From NCBI GenBank assembly GCA_963761335.1, contig CAVXGR010000005.1, positions 64,001-128,000 on the forward strand: 64,000 nucleotides of DNA, in the 5' to 3' direction. Origin of the DNA: an uncultured delta proteobacterium (GTDB taxonomy: Bacteria; Desulfobacterota; Binatia; HRBIN30; BPIQ01). The position numbers were made by a program, and so were the translations under genes. Of the stretch, positions 62,214 to 64,000 are shown piece by piece (position 1 is the stretch's first letter; each line of letters opens with the position of its first letter). The notes under the pieces are model-generated. The model saw only the letters and a list, made by a program, of their open reading frames with translations, was not told the DNA's origin and made no database searches.

Positions 62214-63041
62214 TCACTCCAAGGCGCGCTCGTTGAACTTGTAGCCGACGCCGCGCACGGTGAGGATCAGCTGCGGGTGGGCGCTGTTGCGCTCGATGCG
62301 TTTGCGCAGTCGGCGGACGTGCACGTCGACGGTGCGCGGCTCGACGTGGGTATCCTGTCCCCAGACCATGTCGAGAATCTGCAGGCGACCGTAGACGCGG
62401 TTCGGCGAGCGCGCGAAGAAGCGCAGCAGCTCGAACTCGCGCAGCGACAGGCCCACCGGCCTGCCCTCGCGGAAGACCTCGTAGGTGTCGAAGTCGATGC
62501 GCAACCAGCCCTTCTCGTAGACCTGGCGCGGCTGCTCCGGCTCGGCGGCGTGGGCGCGCCGCAGGACGGCGCGAACCCGCGCCACCAGCTCGCGCGGGCT
62601 GTACGGCTTGCTGACGTAGTCGTCGGCGCCGAGCTCCAGGCCGATGACGCGATCGGCTTCACTGGTCTTGGCGGTGGCGATCACGACCGGCACGCTGGTC
62701 GTCGCCGGATCACCGCGCAGCCGGCGGCAGACCTCCAGCCCGGAGAGGCCGGGAAGCATGAGATCGAGAACGATCAGCGCCGGCCGCTCGCGGCGCACCA
62801 TCTCGATCGCCGTCTCGCCGTCGCCGGCGATGGCGACGGCGTATCCCTCCTGCTCCAGGTTGAAGCGCAGCAGCTCGGCGAGGTCGAGCTCGTCCTCGAC
62901 CACGAGGACCAGGGGTCTTTCGTCCTGCTTCGAGCCCGGGGGAGAATCGATGTCCTTCTTGCTGAGCGGCATTGGCGATGTCGGCGTCGTGTCCGCGGTG
63001 CGAGCGGCGCGGAAGGCGCCCATCGCTGTCGCCGGGGGCAT
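62214..63041 (-). CDS. phoB: Phosphate regulon response regulator (OmpR/PhoB family)
   Basis: VEDE, LDLMLP, GADDY and RTVDVHVRRLR motifs; directly follows phoU. Start uncertain. Confidence 0.88.
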   Translation of the reverse strand: MPPATAMGAFRAARTADTTPTSPMPLSKKDIDSPPGSKQDERPLVLVVEDELDLAELLRFNLEQEGYAVAIAGDGETAIEMVRRERPALIVLDLMLPGLSGLEVCRRLRGDPATTSVPVVIATAKTSEADRVIGLELGADDYVSKPYSPRELVARVRAVLRRAHAAEPEQPRQVYEKGWLRIDFDTYEVFREGRPVGLSLREFELLRFFARSPNRVYGRLQILDMVWGQDTHVEPRTVDVHVRRLRKRIERNSAHPQLILTVRGVGYKFNERALE

Positions 63042-63730
63042 CAGACGGACGGCGGGACCCGGTCCAGATGGCGGATGCTCTTCCCCTTCACCATGAAGAC
63101 CACCATCTCCGAGATGTTGGTGGCGTGGTCGGCGATTCGCTCGATGTACTTGGCAACGAACAGCAGGCGCAGGCCGCGGGTGACGGTTCGCGGATCCTCC
63201 ATCATGAACGACAGCAGCTCGCGGAAGAGCTGGCCGTTGAGGCCGTCGATGATGTCGTCGTCGCGGCAGACCTTGAGGGCCAGGTCGACGTCCTCGTGCA
63301 CGAAGGCCTCGAGGCTCTCGTGCAGCATCGTTTTGGCCACGTCCGCCATTCGCGGGATGTCGATGTACGGCTTGAGCTGCGGCTCCTCGTTCAGCTCCAG
63401 CACGCGTTCGCAGAGGTTGACGGCCATGTCGCCGATGCGCTCCAGATCGGTGGTGATCTTCAGCGCCGTGGTGATCAGGCGGAGGTCCCGCGCCGTCGGC
63501 TGGTGCAGGGCCAGCAGGCGGAGAGACAGCTCGTCGATGTCCACGTCGTGGCGGTTGACCGTGTGATCCTTCTCGATGGTGGCGCGCGCCACCGCGTCGT
63601 CACGGTTGACCAGCGCGGTGATGGCGTTGGCGATCTGCCTCTCCACCAGACCGCCCATCTCGAGAAGAGTGACGTGCAGCTGCTTGAGCTCGGCCTCGTA
63701 ATGTGGGTCACTGTGCTGCCGCGCCTCCAT
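63041..63730 (-). CDS. phoU: Phosphate signalling protein PhoU
   Basis: QPTARDLR, DLERIGD and ERIADHATNI motifs. Confidence 0.96.
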   Translation of the reverse strand: MEARQHSDPHYEAELKQLHVTLLEMGGLVERQIANAITALVNRDDAVARATIEKDHTVNRHDVDIDELSLRLLALHQPTARDLRLITTALKITTDLERIGDMAVNLCERVLELNEEPQLKPYIDIPRMADVAKTMLHESLEAFVHEDVDLALKVCRDDDIIDGLNGQLFRELLSFMMEDPRTVTRGLRLLFVAKYIERIADHATNISEMVVFMVKGKSIRHLDRVPPSV

Positions 63731-63744
63731 CGTCGTCTACCTCC

Positions 63745-64000
63745 TCAGCCGAAACGGCCAGTGATGTAGTCCTCGGTCTCCTTCTTTTCCGGCGTCGTGA
63801 AGATCTTCTCCGTCGGTCCGAACTCGATCAGGCGGCCGAGATACATGAAGGCGGTGAAGTCGGAGACGCGCGCCGCCTGCTGCATGCTGTGGGTGACGAT
63901 GAGGATGGTGTAGCTGCGCTTCAGCTCGTGGATGAGCGCCTCGATCTTGGTGGTGGCGATCGGGTCGAGGGCCGAGCAGGGCTCGTCCATGAGCAGCACC
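63745..64000 (-). CDS. pstB: Phosphate ABC transporter ATPase, C-terminal part
   Basis: [24 protein letters not shown] and YITGRFG motifs. Confidence 0.96.
   Translation of the reverse strand, partial: VLLMDEPCSALDPIATTKIEALIHELKRSYTILIVTHSMQQAARVSDFTAFMYLGRLIEFGPTEKIFTTPEKKETEDYITGRFG

Overview
High-GC (about 68-70%) bacterial chromosomal segment with about 50 protein genes and no rRNA, tRNA, CRISPR array, integrase or transposase that I can see. The gene content (LLM oxidoreductase, amidohydrolases, SnoaL, SDRs, a Baeyer-Villiger monooxygenase, a TSP3-repeat surface protein, an octaheme-TPR cytochrome) suggests a Candidatus Binatia/deltaproteobacterial-type organism, which is inference only. 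Recognisable blocks are a secreted-protein cluster (TSP3 adhesin, lipoprotein, trypsin-fold protease), gnd-zwf-pgi plus xfp, two metal ABC operons (one fpvKCDE-like; one with an outer-membrane protein, led by a DUF2946/RAPP uORF) and pstB-phoU-phoB. The intergenic DNA holds at least six families of palindromic repeats. Main highlights: (1) an intact GxxExxY (PD-(D/E)XK) nuclease gene embedded in its own ~135-bp hairpin repeat family (three local and two solo copies), with a duplicated 3' gene end carrying only synonymous changes, a candidate REP/RAYT-like system driven by a different nuclease; (2) a translationally coupled lipoprotein gene whose lipobox Cys codon is an in-frame TGA followed by a SECIS-like hairpin, a candidate recoded or seleno-lipoprotein; (3) a CxxC/RAPP arrest-peptide uORF that probably controls a metal-uptake operon. 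All family assignments come from motif recognition by eye, with no database searches.
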